Made by a program: the position numbers and the translations under genes
NCBI RefSeq assembly: GCF_003945235.1
Contig: NZ_RSDW01000001.1
Coordinates: 1,260,001-1,292,000, forward strand
Reading direction: 5' to 3'
Source: Edaphobacter aggregans
GTDB lineage: Bacteria > Acidobacteriota > Terriglobia > Terriglobales > Acidobacteriaceae
DNA: 32,000 nt
The notes under the pieces: model-generated
What the model saw: the letters and a program-made list of their open reading frames with translations, nothing else
Database searches by the model: none
What the model was told of the DNA's origin: nothing
Shown here: positions 1-8,187 of the stretch, piece by piece
Position numbering within the stretch: position 1 is the stretch's first letter
Layout of the letters: each line of letters begins with the position of its first letter

Positions 1-2785
1 GATCGACGTGGCTCCAGAGCGTGGTGTGGGATGGGTCTTCGCAATCGAGAGTGTAGTGCCCAATGAACTCGAAGGTAAGTTGATTATTACGGACAAGCAT
101 CTCAGCAGGAAGCGTCAGCGTTGCTTCGAGGAGAGTGTTGTTCTCGTTACGAATGATGTTGGCTTGATTGTCTGCCGAGCCCGTACCTGCATCGGACGGA
201 TTAACGGGCGTCTGTTTTGTATTGACCTGAAGTGTCGCGAAGAGAGTACCGTTCAGGCTTACCTTCAGGTGGCTGAGAGATGGAATCAGACCAGGCGAGA
301 AGTGATAGCGCAGGTGCATGGTCGCGGTTTTGACGACCTGGGTCTGCGGCAGCGAGAAGTTAACGGTGTGGTAGGCATCGACGCCGCGCAGCACGATGGT
401 TTCGGATACACCGATGTCGGCCAGCGTGAAGACATTGTCGAATGTGCCAGGCGCTGCTGGGCGGGCTTCCATGCCGCTCTGTGCGGTGTCGTTGACGTCT
501 GTTTGGACTGACGAATTCGGAATAGCACGAACCTGTGCCGCGAGTCTGGTGGCGCCTGCCAGCAAAAGAACAAAAAGCAGTGGTGCAATGCTTGTGGCGA
601 GTCTGCCCTTCGGCTGACTTTTCTTCGTCTTCATCAATCCGCGTATCGTTTGCGAAAGCCCGTGCATGGACAACTGGAAAATTCGGCCCAGGCTTCTCAT
701 TGGACGGTCCAATTCGCGAGCTTCGCCCCAGTTCAGCCAGGTATCGGCACGGGAGTAAAGCACCATCGTCAACGCCTCCTCCTCCTGAAGAGAGAGGGGG
801 TCGAACTGGGCGCGGAGAACATTGCCGCTGACGCTGATAACCGTGGCAGGCAAGGTCGCTTCTCCGTCGAGGACAGGAAAGGTCATCCTGATGGAGTCAC
901 CGGGAGTAGCCGTAAAGTCGCGGCTCATCCGCATCATCACGCCACCGCTGGAAAGATCCGAGGTGACACCCTGAATTGCCGTTCCGTTTGCGAGTTGGAT
1001 CGTCGAGGGAACTGCCATCGAAACACGCACGGTCTGTCGGCGCTGCTGGCTCTCCCACGCAACCGCAGTGCAGACGCCCAGGATGATGATGTTAAAGCAG
1101 ACCCATATCAGGTTCATCACGATGGTTCCGGGATGAGTACCGTCGTACAGCCCGCTGATCACAGGAATCGGGATGTAGAAGAACCTGGGAATTGCCATCA
1201 ACATGCCGAGAACGTTGGTGCCGAGCATAAAGAGGAACGGCTGCGCGATGCGGGTATCAAAGAACCTACGGTTGACCACGCCGCCCTTCGCCGTGACATC
1301 GAAGCTGCCGAACTTCGGATTGACCAGCGCGAGCATCGTAGGCAAAAAGATGTATGGCGCGAGTACCGTCTCATATATCTCGTTCCAGAACGAGTGGCGG
1401 TGTTGCCCCTGGATCCGCGAGTTCGTAATGTTAGACAGGATCAGGTGAGGCAGAGCATAGGCGAGGATCGCAGCCCAGTATCCGGGTACATTGACGTGCC
1501 CAAAGATGAGATAGATCAACGGCGCGGTCAAGAAGATCAACCGTGGAAACGCATAGAGGAAGTGCGACATCGCGTTGAAGTAGCAGAGCCGTTGCGCCGG
1601 CTTCAGCCCACGGGCAAAGAGAGGGTTGTCCGTGCGCATGATCTGAATCATGCCTCGGGCCCAACGAATGCGCTGTTTCACGTGTCCGCTGAGGCGCTCG
1701 GTTGCAAGACCGGCCGCCTGCGGGATGTTGATGTAGGCCGTATTCCAGCCGTTTATCTGCATGCGCAGCGAAGTGTGCGCGTCCTCGGTGACCGTCTCCA
1801 CGGCGATTCCGCCGATCTGGTTTAGTGCAGTACGGCGAAGGACTGCGCAGGAGCCGCAGAAGAATGTTGCATTCCAGAAGTCATTGCCGTCCTGCACGAT
1901 GCCATAGAAGAGTTCTCCTTCGTTGGGAATCACGCGGAACTGGCCCAAGTTGCGTTCGAACGGATCGGGCGAATAGAAGTGGTGCGGCGTCTGGAGCATC
2001 CCCAGCTTGCTGTCGCGCAAAAACCAGCCCAGCGTGACCTGCAGGAAACTGCGTGTAGGAACGTGGTCGCAGTCGAAGATGGCCACGAAGGGAGAGTCGA
2101 GCCGGGCCAGAGCGCGGTTGATGTTTCCAGCCTTGGCGTGCGCGTTGTCGTCTCGCGTCATATAGCCAATACCGGCCTCTTCGGCAAACTGCCGAAACTC
2201 CTCGCGCTTGCCGTCGTCAAGGATGTAGACGTTGAGTTTGTCGGCCGGCCAGTCGATGTTCATCGCCGCAAGCGCGGTGTATTTCACAACGCTGAGGGGC
2301 TCGTTATAGGTGGGAATCAACAGATCGACAGCGGGCCACTTATCGGGGTCGTCGGGCAAAGGGACCGGTGTACGGCGCAGCGGCCACACGGTCTGCAAAT
2401 AGCCCAGAAACAGAATGACGAACGCGTAGGCCTCGGCCACGAGGAGCAGGCACATGAAGAAGCCGTCCAGCAAGCTCCATGTCGAGCCAGGATCGAGGAA
2501 AAATTTAGTCGTCGTCGCAATGCGCCAGAACCCGTAACGAAAGGTCGAGTACATCGACACAATCATGAGGGTCAGGGTGACAAGGTACGAGCTAGAGCTG
2601 CGGTCCATCCAGATGGCGACCAGGATCGTAAGTATTCCCAGCACCAATTGCTGCGGCCACGTCAGTTCCAATATTCCAGTGAAGCCAAGAAAAACGATAC
2701 CGCCTAGCAGAATCAAGAATCGCAAAATATGGAGGAAGAAAGCGTCGCCAGACTCAAACTCCTGCCATAGAAACGGCTTCGTCAT
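1..2785 (-). CDS. bcsA: Cellulose synthase catalytic subunit BcsA fused in frame to BcsB (AcsAB-like); 3' end lies outside the window
   Basis: Hand translation of the minus strand from ATG 2785 gives GT2 motifs (DLLIPTYNEP, ILDDGKR, FDCDHVP, TEDAHTS, QRIRWARG) and a PilZ domain (QQRRQTVR ... DLSSGG). The frame runs without a stop through ATG 634 (2785-634=2151, divisible by 3). It continues into MKTKKSQPKGRLATSIAPLLFVLLLAG (signal/anchor) and a BcsB-like N-terminus (VLRGVDAYHTVNFSLP, LSHLKVSLNG). The ORF is absent from the track because no stop lies inside the window. Confidence 0.9.
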   Translation of the reverse strand, partial: MTKPFLWQEFESGDAFFLHILRFLILLGGIVFLGFTGILELTWPQQLVLGILTILVAIWMDRSSSSYLVTLTLMIVSMYSTFRYGFWRIATTTKFFLDPGSTWSLLDGFFMCLLLVAEAYAFVILFLGYLQTVWPLRRTPVPLPDDPDKWPAVDLLIPTYNEPLSVVKYTALAAMNIDWPADKLNVYILDDGKREEFRQFAEEAGIGYMTRDDNAHAKAGNINRALARLDSPFVAIFDCDHVPTRSFLQVTLGWFLRDSKLGMLQTPHHFYSPDPFERNLGQFRVIPNEGELFYGIVQDGNDFWNATFFCGSCAVLRRTALNQIGGIAVETVTEDAHTSLRMQINGWNTAYINIPQAAGLATERLSGHVKQRIRWARGMIQIMRTDNPLFARGLKPAQRLCYFNAMSHFLYAFPRLIFLTAPLIYLIFGHVNVPGYWAAILAYALPHLILSNITNSRIQGQHRHSFWNEIYETVLAPYIFLPTMLALVNPKFGSFDVTAKGGVVNRRFFDTRIAQPFLFMLGTNVLGMLMAIPRFFYIPIPVISGLYDGTHPGTIVMNLIWVCFNIIILGVCTAVAWESQQRRQTVRVSMAVPSTIQLANGTAIQGVTSDLSSGGVMMRMSRDFTATPGDSIRMTFPVLDGEATLPATVISVSGNVLRAQFDPLSLQEEEALTMVLYSRADTWLNWGEARELDRPMRSLGRIFQLSMHGLSQTIRGLMKTKKSQPKGRLATSIAPLLFVLLLAGATRLAAQVRAIPNSSVQTDVNDTAQSGMEARPAAPGTFDNVFTLADIGVSETIVLRGVDAYHTVNFSLPQTQVVKTATMHLRYHFSPGLIPSLSHLKVSLNGTLFATLQVNTKQTPVNPSDAGTGSADNQANIIRNENNTLLEATLTLPAEMLVRNNQLTFEFIGHYTLDCEDPSHTTLWSHVD

Positions 2786-5211
2786 CGTTCACTCCAGCGC
2801 ACATTGCGGAAGCCGGCGGTGGCCGGTGCTGCAATGGTGCGGAGCCATGTCGCGATATTGAGATAGTCCTCGGACACAGGAGATTCAGGGGCATAGTCGA
2901 CCACGGTCATGCCTTCAGCCAGAGCCTCACTGACCGCAGGCGCGCGACGTATGACGAAAGGCAGAAGCCGCTCGCCGAGCTGGCGACGCAGCACCTCGCG
3001 CACATCCAGATGCAGTGGAAGCGACGCATCAAACTGGTTGAGTAAATAGTAAGGCTGAAGCTGCCGCCCATCCGCATCGACGGCGCCATGGAAGAACTTT
3101 TCGATGGACTGCAGACTGATGACCGAGTTCATATCAGGCGCTAACGGCACTAGAATAGTCGGATTCATACGCGCCATGTGGCGGACGATCCAACCCGAGC
3201 TCGGCGTTAGGTCCAACAAAATACGGTGCGTGCCACGGCTGTTGTTGACGATCTCCTCGATCAGGTGGTCCTGCGCGGCCTCGTCGCCTATCTTCTGATC
3301 GACGTCATAGCTGACCAGATAGATCGGAGCATCTGTGCTTCCGCTGGGTGGCGAGAATGTACGCACGGTTCCCTGCCGCAGCTCACTGGCTCCAAAGTAG
3401 AACGGCAGCAGACCGTGAGACGTGGTGTCGGTAAGCAGCACTTTTTCGCCAAGCGAAGAGAGCGAACGTCCGACCGTAGCCACCAGGCTGGTCTTACCGA
3501 CGCCACCGGCCAGCGAGAAGACGGCCAGCACTGGAGTCCGTGTCTCCTTCTGGCGAACCGGTGTCGGTTCGGGCTGTTCTTGTCCTGGTTGTTCGAAGAC
3601 TCCTTTAAGCGCGTACCAGCGAGCCGCAACGCGCTCACGTGAGTGCTGCAATGTCTCTGCAACAGAGGACTGTGGAGGAAGCGGCGTTGGCACAACGGGT
3701 CTGACTGGAGCCGACGATACCGGTGGTGCGTAGAGCCACGCTGGACCTGCTGGGTCGGATACATAAGCCGCGCGCTGCGCCGATGAGATCGTTGACGACC
3801 CGGGCAGCGGTTCCGAAGTGCGCTGTGGAGGGTCAGAGTAGGAAGAGACAGGCCGATAGCCGAAGTCGTCTTGCGCACGCCGTCCACGGGAGGTTTCAGG
3901 AGCAACCGGCGGCTGCGAGAACGGAGAGACCGCTCTGAGCGAACCCGATGGCGAGGATGGGCGTGCCGAAACTACAGGTCTCGGCGTGGGGATGCTCGTC
4001 GGCTCCAGATCTACACTAAGGTCGCGCCGGGAACCAAACCCGGAATCGAACCCTGCCTGAGGCTGCTCGACAGAGGGCCAACCCACGTTGCGCTCACCGG
4101 AATCCGGCTGAGGAGCCCGTGTCCACGGGGAAGGCTTCGGATCAGTATGTCTCTTGCCTCCTGCAACCGCATTAGGCACTTCAGATGACGAGGTAGATCG
4201 CTGGGAAGAACTAGGCTGTTCGGGCAAGGGCCTGATAGCCGGAGAAGGCGCGGATCCAGACGAGGAACCAAGAATCGCCGGCGGCGGAACAAACGAGGCC
4301 CGGCTCAGCGAATGAATCGTCGGCCTCACCGGTTCAGCAGGAGCATCAATTGCTTTTGGCATCTCAAACTCTGGCCCACGGTAGATCTGTCGGACACCGG
4401 AAGCCTCATCCGGGCTGTACCCAAGCGGTCGCCGCTGGGAGACCTGCGATGACGGCGACGTGTACTCGATCCTGGGTGGCGCAGGGGGAGGAGGAACGGG
4501 AGCAGCCTCGGCAGGTTTGGGAGCCGCAGTGTAGCTAGTGTTCACTTCAGAACGAGGAACGGATGGCGCCTGAGAGACCAATGGATTCTGAGATAACGGC
4601 TCCGACTGCGACGGAATAGGCGGTGGTGGTGCCGTGACCGGCGATGGCGGACCCACAGATGCCTGTGGCTGCGGAGTATATGGATCGGAGATGTGGCCCG
4701 GGACCTGCGCATATCCTTGCGACCCAGCCATTTCCCGACGGCGAATCTCAGATTCGGCATATCGAGCGGCCTGTCGTTGTGCCGAAGCATGCGCCTCGGC
4801 AATCTCGCGTTCTTCTCTGCGCGCAGCAGCTTCGGCTACGGCAGCGGCTTCAGCCCTGCGAGCTGCCTCAACACGCTCGGCAGCTGCGGTACGGGCGGCT
4901 TCTTCGGCTTCACGCAACGACCGCTGCATCGACGAGTCAGAATTCGGAGCCTGTGCGGCTTCTGCTGCTTTGCGAGCTGCCGAATCCGCTGCTACTGCGG
5001 CCGCCTCAGCCTCGGCCTGGGCCATCAACGCCTGCTCGCGAACCTGCTCCGCGGCGCGGTGTCTTAGCTGGGCGCGATACTCACGTCGCGATGCAGAAAA
5101 ATCCCGATACTTCGCTCCATGCAGGTTTGCCCACGAGTAGAGTACGGCCACATCTTCGGGCGTCTCTGCGGAGTCCAGCTCTTCCATCTTGTCTGCGCCG
5201 CGCGGATCCAT
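2782..5211 (-). CDS. bcsQ: BcsQ/YhjQ-like cellulose synthase operon ATPase with a long N-terminal coiled-coil and Pro/Ser-rich extension
   Basis: The C-terminal ~250 aa resemble E. coli BcsQ by eye (LAGGVGKTS deviant Walker A; LLNQFD...LLPFVIRRAPAVSEALAEG...DY...ATWL). The N-terminus is Ala/Glu/Arg-rich, followed by about 400 aa of P/S-rich low complexity. The stop overlaps the bcsA start (ATGA at 2782-2785). The start is uncertain: ATG 5244 (track), 5211 (AGGACGAG upstream) or 5187. Confidence 0.8.
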   Translation of the reverse strand: MDPRGADKMEELDSAETPEDVAVLYSWANLHGAKYRDFSASRREYRAQLRHRAAEQVREQALMAQAEAEAAAVAADSAARKAAEAAQAPNSDSSMQRSLREAEEAARTAAAERVEAARRAEAAAVAEAAARREEREIAEAHASAQRQAARYAESEIRRREMAGSQGYAQVPGHISDPYTPQPQASVGPPSPVTAPPPPIPSQSEPLSQNPLVSQAPSVPRSEVNTSYTAAPKPAEAAPVPPPPAPPRIEYTSPSSQVSQRRPLGYSPDEASGVRQIYRGPEFEMPKAIDAPAEPVRPTIHSLSRASFVPPPAILGSSSGSAPSPAIRPLPEQPSSSQRSTSSSEVPNAVAGGKRHTDPKPSPWTRAPQPDSGERNVGWPSVEQPQAGFDSGFGSRRDLSVDLEPTSIPTPRPVVSARPSSPSGSLRAVSPFSQPPVAPETSRGRRAQDDFGYRPVSSYSDPPQRTSEPLPGSSTISSAQRAAYVSDPAGPAWLYAPPVSSAPVRPVVPTPLPPQSSVAETLQHSRERVAARWYALKGVFEQPGQEQPEPTPVRQKETRTPVLAVFSLAGGVGKTSLVATVGRSLSSLGEKVLLTDTTSHGLLPFYFGASELRQGTVRTFSPPSGSTDAPIYLVSYDVDQKIGDEAAQDHLIEEIVNNSRGTHRILLDLTPSSGWIVRHMARMNPTILVPLAPDMNSVISLQSIEKFFHGAVDADGRQLQPYYLLNQFDASLPLHLDVREVLRRQLGERLLPFVIRRAPAVSEALAEGMTVVDYAPESPVSEDYLNIATWLRTIAAPATAGFRNVRWSER

Positions 5212-5539
5212 AATTTCTCGTCCTGAACACCTTGATAACGACATTAGCCAACGTCATTTGAAACTGTACTATTGGTATCTCTTGACGGAGTAGCTGCACA
5301 TTTTGTTATGCAATAGCCTGAGGCTACTGCGCGCGTAACTTCAAGTCAATCAACCGACCGTGCGACTTAAGTGTGACCCTTCCTGCTGTGACTTTCTCGA
5401 CGCTTACCGCTCCAATATTTGCTGCTTCTGTGAGCGCCCTCGCCCAACTCCTTGGATGCATCCATATGCTGCCGTCTGGGCAAATCCACAGCGCAGATTT
5501 ACACGCCCCATTTGTGCTAAGTTGGTAAGGTGGTTGTTC

Positions 5540-5615
5540 GAGAGCGTAGCTCAGTTGGTAGAGCATCGCCCTTTTAAGGCGTTGGTCCTGGGTTCGAGCC
5601 CCAGCGCTCTCACCA
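5540..5615 (+). tRNA. tRNA-Lys (anticodon UUU), CCA encoded
   Basis: Manual cloverleaf, 76 nt. Acceptor GAGAGCG/CGCTCTC; D arm GCTC-AGTTGGTA-GAGC; anticodon arm TCGCC-CTTTTAA-GGCGT; variable loop TGGTC; T arm CTGGG-TTCGAGC-CCCAG; then A-CCA. Confidence 0.95.
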
Positions 5616-5616
5616 T
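5565..5616 (+). repeat. attL: 52-bp direct repeat (3' part of tRNA-Lys)
   Basis: ATCGCCCTTTTAAGGCGTTGGTCCTGGGTTCGAGCCCCAGCGCTCTCACCAT is identical to 21513-21564. Confidence 0.9.
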
Positions 5617-5655
5617 AAAATCAGTAACTTACAAGCACAACTAAAACCACAAAAA

Positions 5656-5699
5656 CCATCGGGGATACAAAAGGGATACTTCACTGGATACCCCGATGG
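5656..5699 (+). promoter_or_regulatory. Hairpin carrying three GGATAC repeats; candidate integrase arm-type sites (P' arm) and possible tRNA terminator
   Basis: The stem CCATCGGGG (5656-5664) pairs with CCCCGATGG (5691-5699). GGATAC occurs at 5663, 5673 and 5686. The 19-mer GGGATACAAAAGGGATACT (5662-5680) is repeated at 21368-21386. Confidence 0.5.
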
Positions 5700-5737
5700 A
5701 CTCTTTTCCTCCCATAGTTTCCACGCCCACCATTTCC

Positions 5738-6462
5738 GGCATCCAACGAACCAGATAGACCTAGTAGTTCCTTGAGCCCTCATTCGGACGAGTGAGGGTC
5801 TTTTTTTGTTCCCCCTATTCCTGTCACTCTCGGCCCTGTAGCCACCCCACCGTGTCTACATCCACGCACGCCGTTAATGGCATCTAACCAACCAGAGATG
5901 GATCTAGTAGTTCCTTTTCGGACCCTCATTCGGGAAGAGTGAGGGTCGCTTTTTGTGCTCCCCTTCTGTTTTCCAAACTCATAGGCATCCAATCACTCTT
6001 TATGGTGCGTCAAAAAATCCGGCGCACTTTTGAGGTCGCCTTCGGTTGTAGGTCGTGAAGAGCCCTCAACCTGACCAAAGTGCGCCACCCCTCCATATGA
6101 ACGTCATGGCTTTCGGAAGAGATGAAAGCCTTTGCCCGTAGGTTGCAGCCCATGCCGCACCGTGTCTACATCCAAGCAGATAGACCAGGCATCCAACAAA
6201 TCAGCAGAGCTAACCAGCTACAACCCTTTGAGACCCTCATTCGGATAGACGAGTGGGGGTCCTTTTTTGTGCCTTCTCCCACTCGATAGCATCTACATCC
6301 ACCCCACCAAATTCAGGCATCCAACGAACCAGATGGTGCAAAATGCTTTGCTTCTGAGGCCCTCACTCCGACGAGTGAGGGTTCTTTTTGCTCTGTTCAC
6401 TTTTCCGACACACAAGGCATCCAATCTTTCCACTGTGCGTCCTAAGAAAATAGGCGCACTTT
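5738..6462 (+). repeat. Array of six divergent sRNA-like modules (GGCATCCAA box, variable segment, GC hairpin, T tract)
   Basis: Units lie at 5738-5807, 5879-5954, 6188-6268 and 6316-6389 (hairpin CCCTCA..TGAGGG followed by T5-7). Two further units lie at 5984-6031 and 6416-6462 (hairpin GTGCG..CGCAC followed by T3-4). No credible ORFs are present. T tracts occur only on the + strand. Confidence 0.6.
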
Positions 6463-6587
6463 GATCTCTCCGGTCTAGGAAGTTGCTAACCACCCTAGCA
6501 GCCCCTACAAAGCGCCCCGCCCTCCCCCAGTCCCGGTACGAGGAACCAGGCCATGGCACTTGCGATACACTCTGCACATACCAAACC

Positions 6588-6890
6588 ATGCAGCCCACTA
6601 ACCTCATACTCATGCAGCCCGTCGTACGTCACCGCGTCTACGTCCATGTAACCCACGCTCCTCATCAGTATGGTGAGCACTTCACAGTCCGATATCTCGA
6701 AGAGGATCTAAAGACTCCTTTGGGGCGCATGTATAGGTACACCCGTATAGACCAAGTGAGGGAGATTCTGAAGCGTGCAGACTATGCGCCTGAGCAGTGG
6801 GGGAAGTTTGAGGAGGGGCTCCGTTGCCGTGGTGTGGGTGCGTGCTATTTGGATCTTAAGAGCGAGCAATATAAGAAGCTGAAGCGGTAG
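6588..6890 (+). CDS. Hypothetical protein (island cargo)
   Basis: ORF 6483-6890. The first in-frame ATGs are at 6588 and 6612. I recognise no motif. Confidence 0.45.
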   Translation: MQPTNLILMQPVVRHRVYVHVTHAPHQYGEHFTVRYLEEDLKTPLGRMYRYTRIDQVREILKRADYAPEQWGKFEEGLRCRGVGACYLDLKSEQYKKLKR

Positions 6891-6913
6891 ATTGAACGGA
6901 AGCACTAAAGATT

Positions 6914-7600
6914 TCAATCTGCAGATTGGCGGGAGCATGAACTGAGGCTTGCTCCCACCTTCAAGTGCTCGTTATCGGTCCATTGGCATATTTTCGTGTG
7001 CTTTATTTTCTTGTCCCTGTCGATGTACAGAATGCAGCCCGGAAAGAAGTAGACTGGATCGGCTTGCCCTTCATCCAACCTACGATACGCTTCAGTGGGG
7101 AAAGAATATGAGTCGCCCGGAAACACTATATCTCCGACCTTCAAAGGCATGATATCTCCCTCAAGGCGCGCGCAAACCTTATCAATCGCTGGGCGTATAT
7201 CAGTCCCCCCGTTGCCAATAACTAGATCCAAGGCAGGAACCACATTAAAGGCGGGAGAGTTTCCGAAATTTTTTACTTTAGCCGTTATCTCAATATCCAT
7301 AGAGCCACGGGGATCATCGACCAACTTGGAAATTGTTATTGGATCAGCCAGTCCAACCCACGGTCGCTGGGACATCTCAAATTCCTGTTGAGCTATTCTT
7401 GCCTGTGTTCGGGAAACACTGATGCTCATATAGAGGGCAACAAGTGCTAAGAGGCTTATAGCGGCAGCCACACCTGTAATCCAATTGAGGTGTTTAGCTG
7501 TCCTAAGCGTTGTCTCACGATTTTTCTTTTCCTCGTCGTATCTTTCATTGCCTTTGGATGAAGACTCGATTTGCACAGGAAGAGGGTTGGGTATTTTCAT
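6914..7600 (-). CDS. Single-pass membrane protein, unknown function
   Basis: The track ORF starts at a TTG (7684); the first ATG is 7600 (MKIPNPL...). It has a charged N-terminus, one TM helix (WITGVAAAISLLALVALYM) and a C-terminal domain of about 150 aa. Confidence 0.6.
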   Translation of the reverse strand: MKIPNPLPVQIESSSKGNERYDEEKKNRETTLRTAKHLNWITGVAAAISLLALVALYMSISVSRTQARIAQQEFEMSQRPWVGLADPITISKLVDDPRGSMDIEITAKVKNFGNSPAFNVVPALDLVIGNGGTDIRPAIDKVCARLEGDIMPLKVGDIVFPGDSYSFPTEAYRRLDEGQADPVYFFPGCILYIDRDKKIKHTKICQWTDNEHLKVGASLSSCSRQSAD

Positions 7601-7803
7601 CAGGGGTTCTTGGACTGAATTGGCTCGGGTGCCAGGCTGTTGCGGATGGCCTTCGTGGTGCTTCTCATGTCTCTTTTTGTTCAAGGGTCATATCCCTGCA
7701 TTTCGCGCACCTAAATCTATCGTGAAAGAGTCCCAAACGCTAGAGCCTAAATCGAGATGAAGACGCAGGCTCATGCTGCCCTTAGGAGTGGTAGGCTGTC
7801 GGC

Positions 7804-8097
7804 ATGGCGATCATCGACTGTAACGTTTACGTATATCGAGATCCTTCGTTTCCCAGCGCGACGATTTGGGTGGAAGCTGACGACGGGAGGGCATGGGTTA
7901 CTGCCGTTGGAAAACTCGGTTTGCTTCAGCATGAAGCGGTGAACTTACCTCATGAATTGAGACATAGTCCTCCATCGGACGTATTGGGTTCTCTCAAACC
8001 GATATACAAATTTCTTGGGAGTTACCCATTCGATGAAGAAGTGCTGGACAATACGTGGGATATCGACACACCGCCCAACATTGCGAAGACCAAATAA
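7804..8097 (+). CDS. Hypothetical protein
   Basis: A 97-aa ATG-started ORF lying between two minus-strand membrane-protein genes. I recognise no motif. Confidence 0.45.
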   Translation: MAIIDCNVYVYRDPSFPSATIWVEADDGRAWVTAVGKLGLLQHEAVNLPHELRHSPPSDVLGSLKPIYKFLGSYPFDEEVLDNTWDIDTPPNIAKTK

Positions 8098-8187
8098 ATG
8101 TGCGGGCCGCTATTACAGACGCACAGACAAACAGAAGATTGCCGAAGCCTTCCACGTTGCATTGGGTTAAACTCCGCCAAACGGGAA

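Noticed and set aside
650-2707. Long + strand ORFs 650-1825 (391 aa) and 1979-2707 (242 aa), plus 8-511.
   Set aside because: These are antisense shadows of the bcsA-bcsB frame in GC-rich DNA. Their translations are Arg/His/Gly-rich with no motifs, whereas the minus frame gives complete GT2, PilZ and BcsB signatures.
3104-5213. Many + strand and alternative-frame ORFs inside the BcsQ-like gene (for example 4634-5140, 4644-5213, 3288-3905).
   Set aside because: These are low-complexity, Arg/Ala/Ser-rich products typical of off-frame translation of a GC-rich gene. Only the 820-codon frame ends in a recognisable ATPase domain.
5324-5644. ORFs 5324-5566 (-) and 5360-5644 (+).
   Set aside because: Both overlap the tRNA-Lys gene and its upstream region. 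They show no coding features.
5700-6470. Possible CRISPR array, because of the repeated units.
   Set aside because: The repeats are imperfect and irregularly spaced (about 100-200 bp). Each ends in a hairpin plus a T tract. There are no cas genes in the window.
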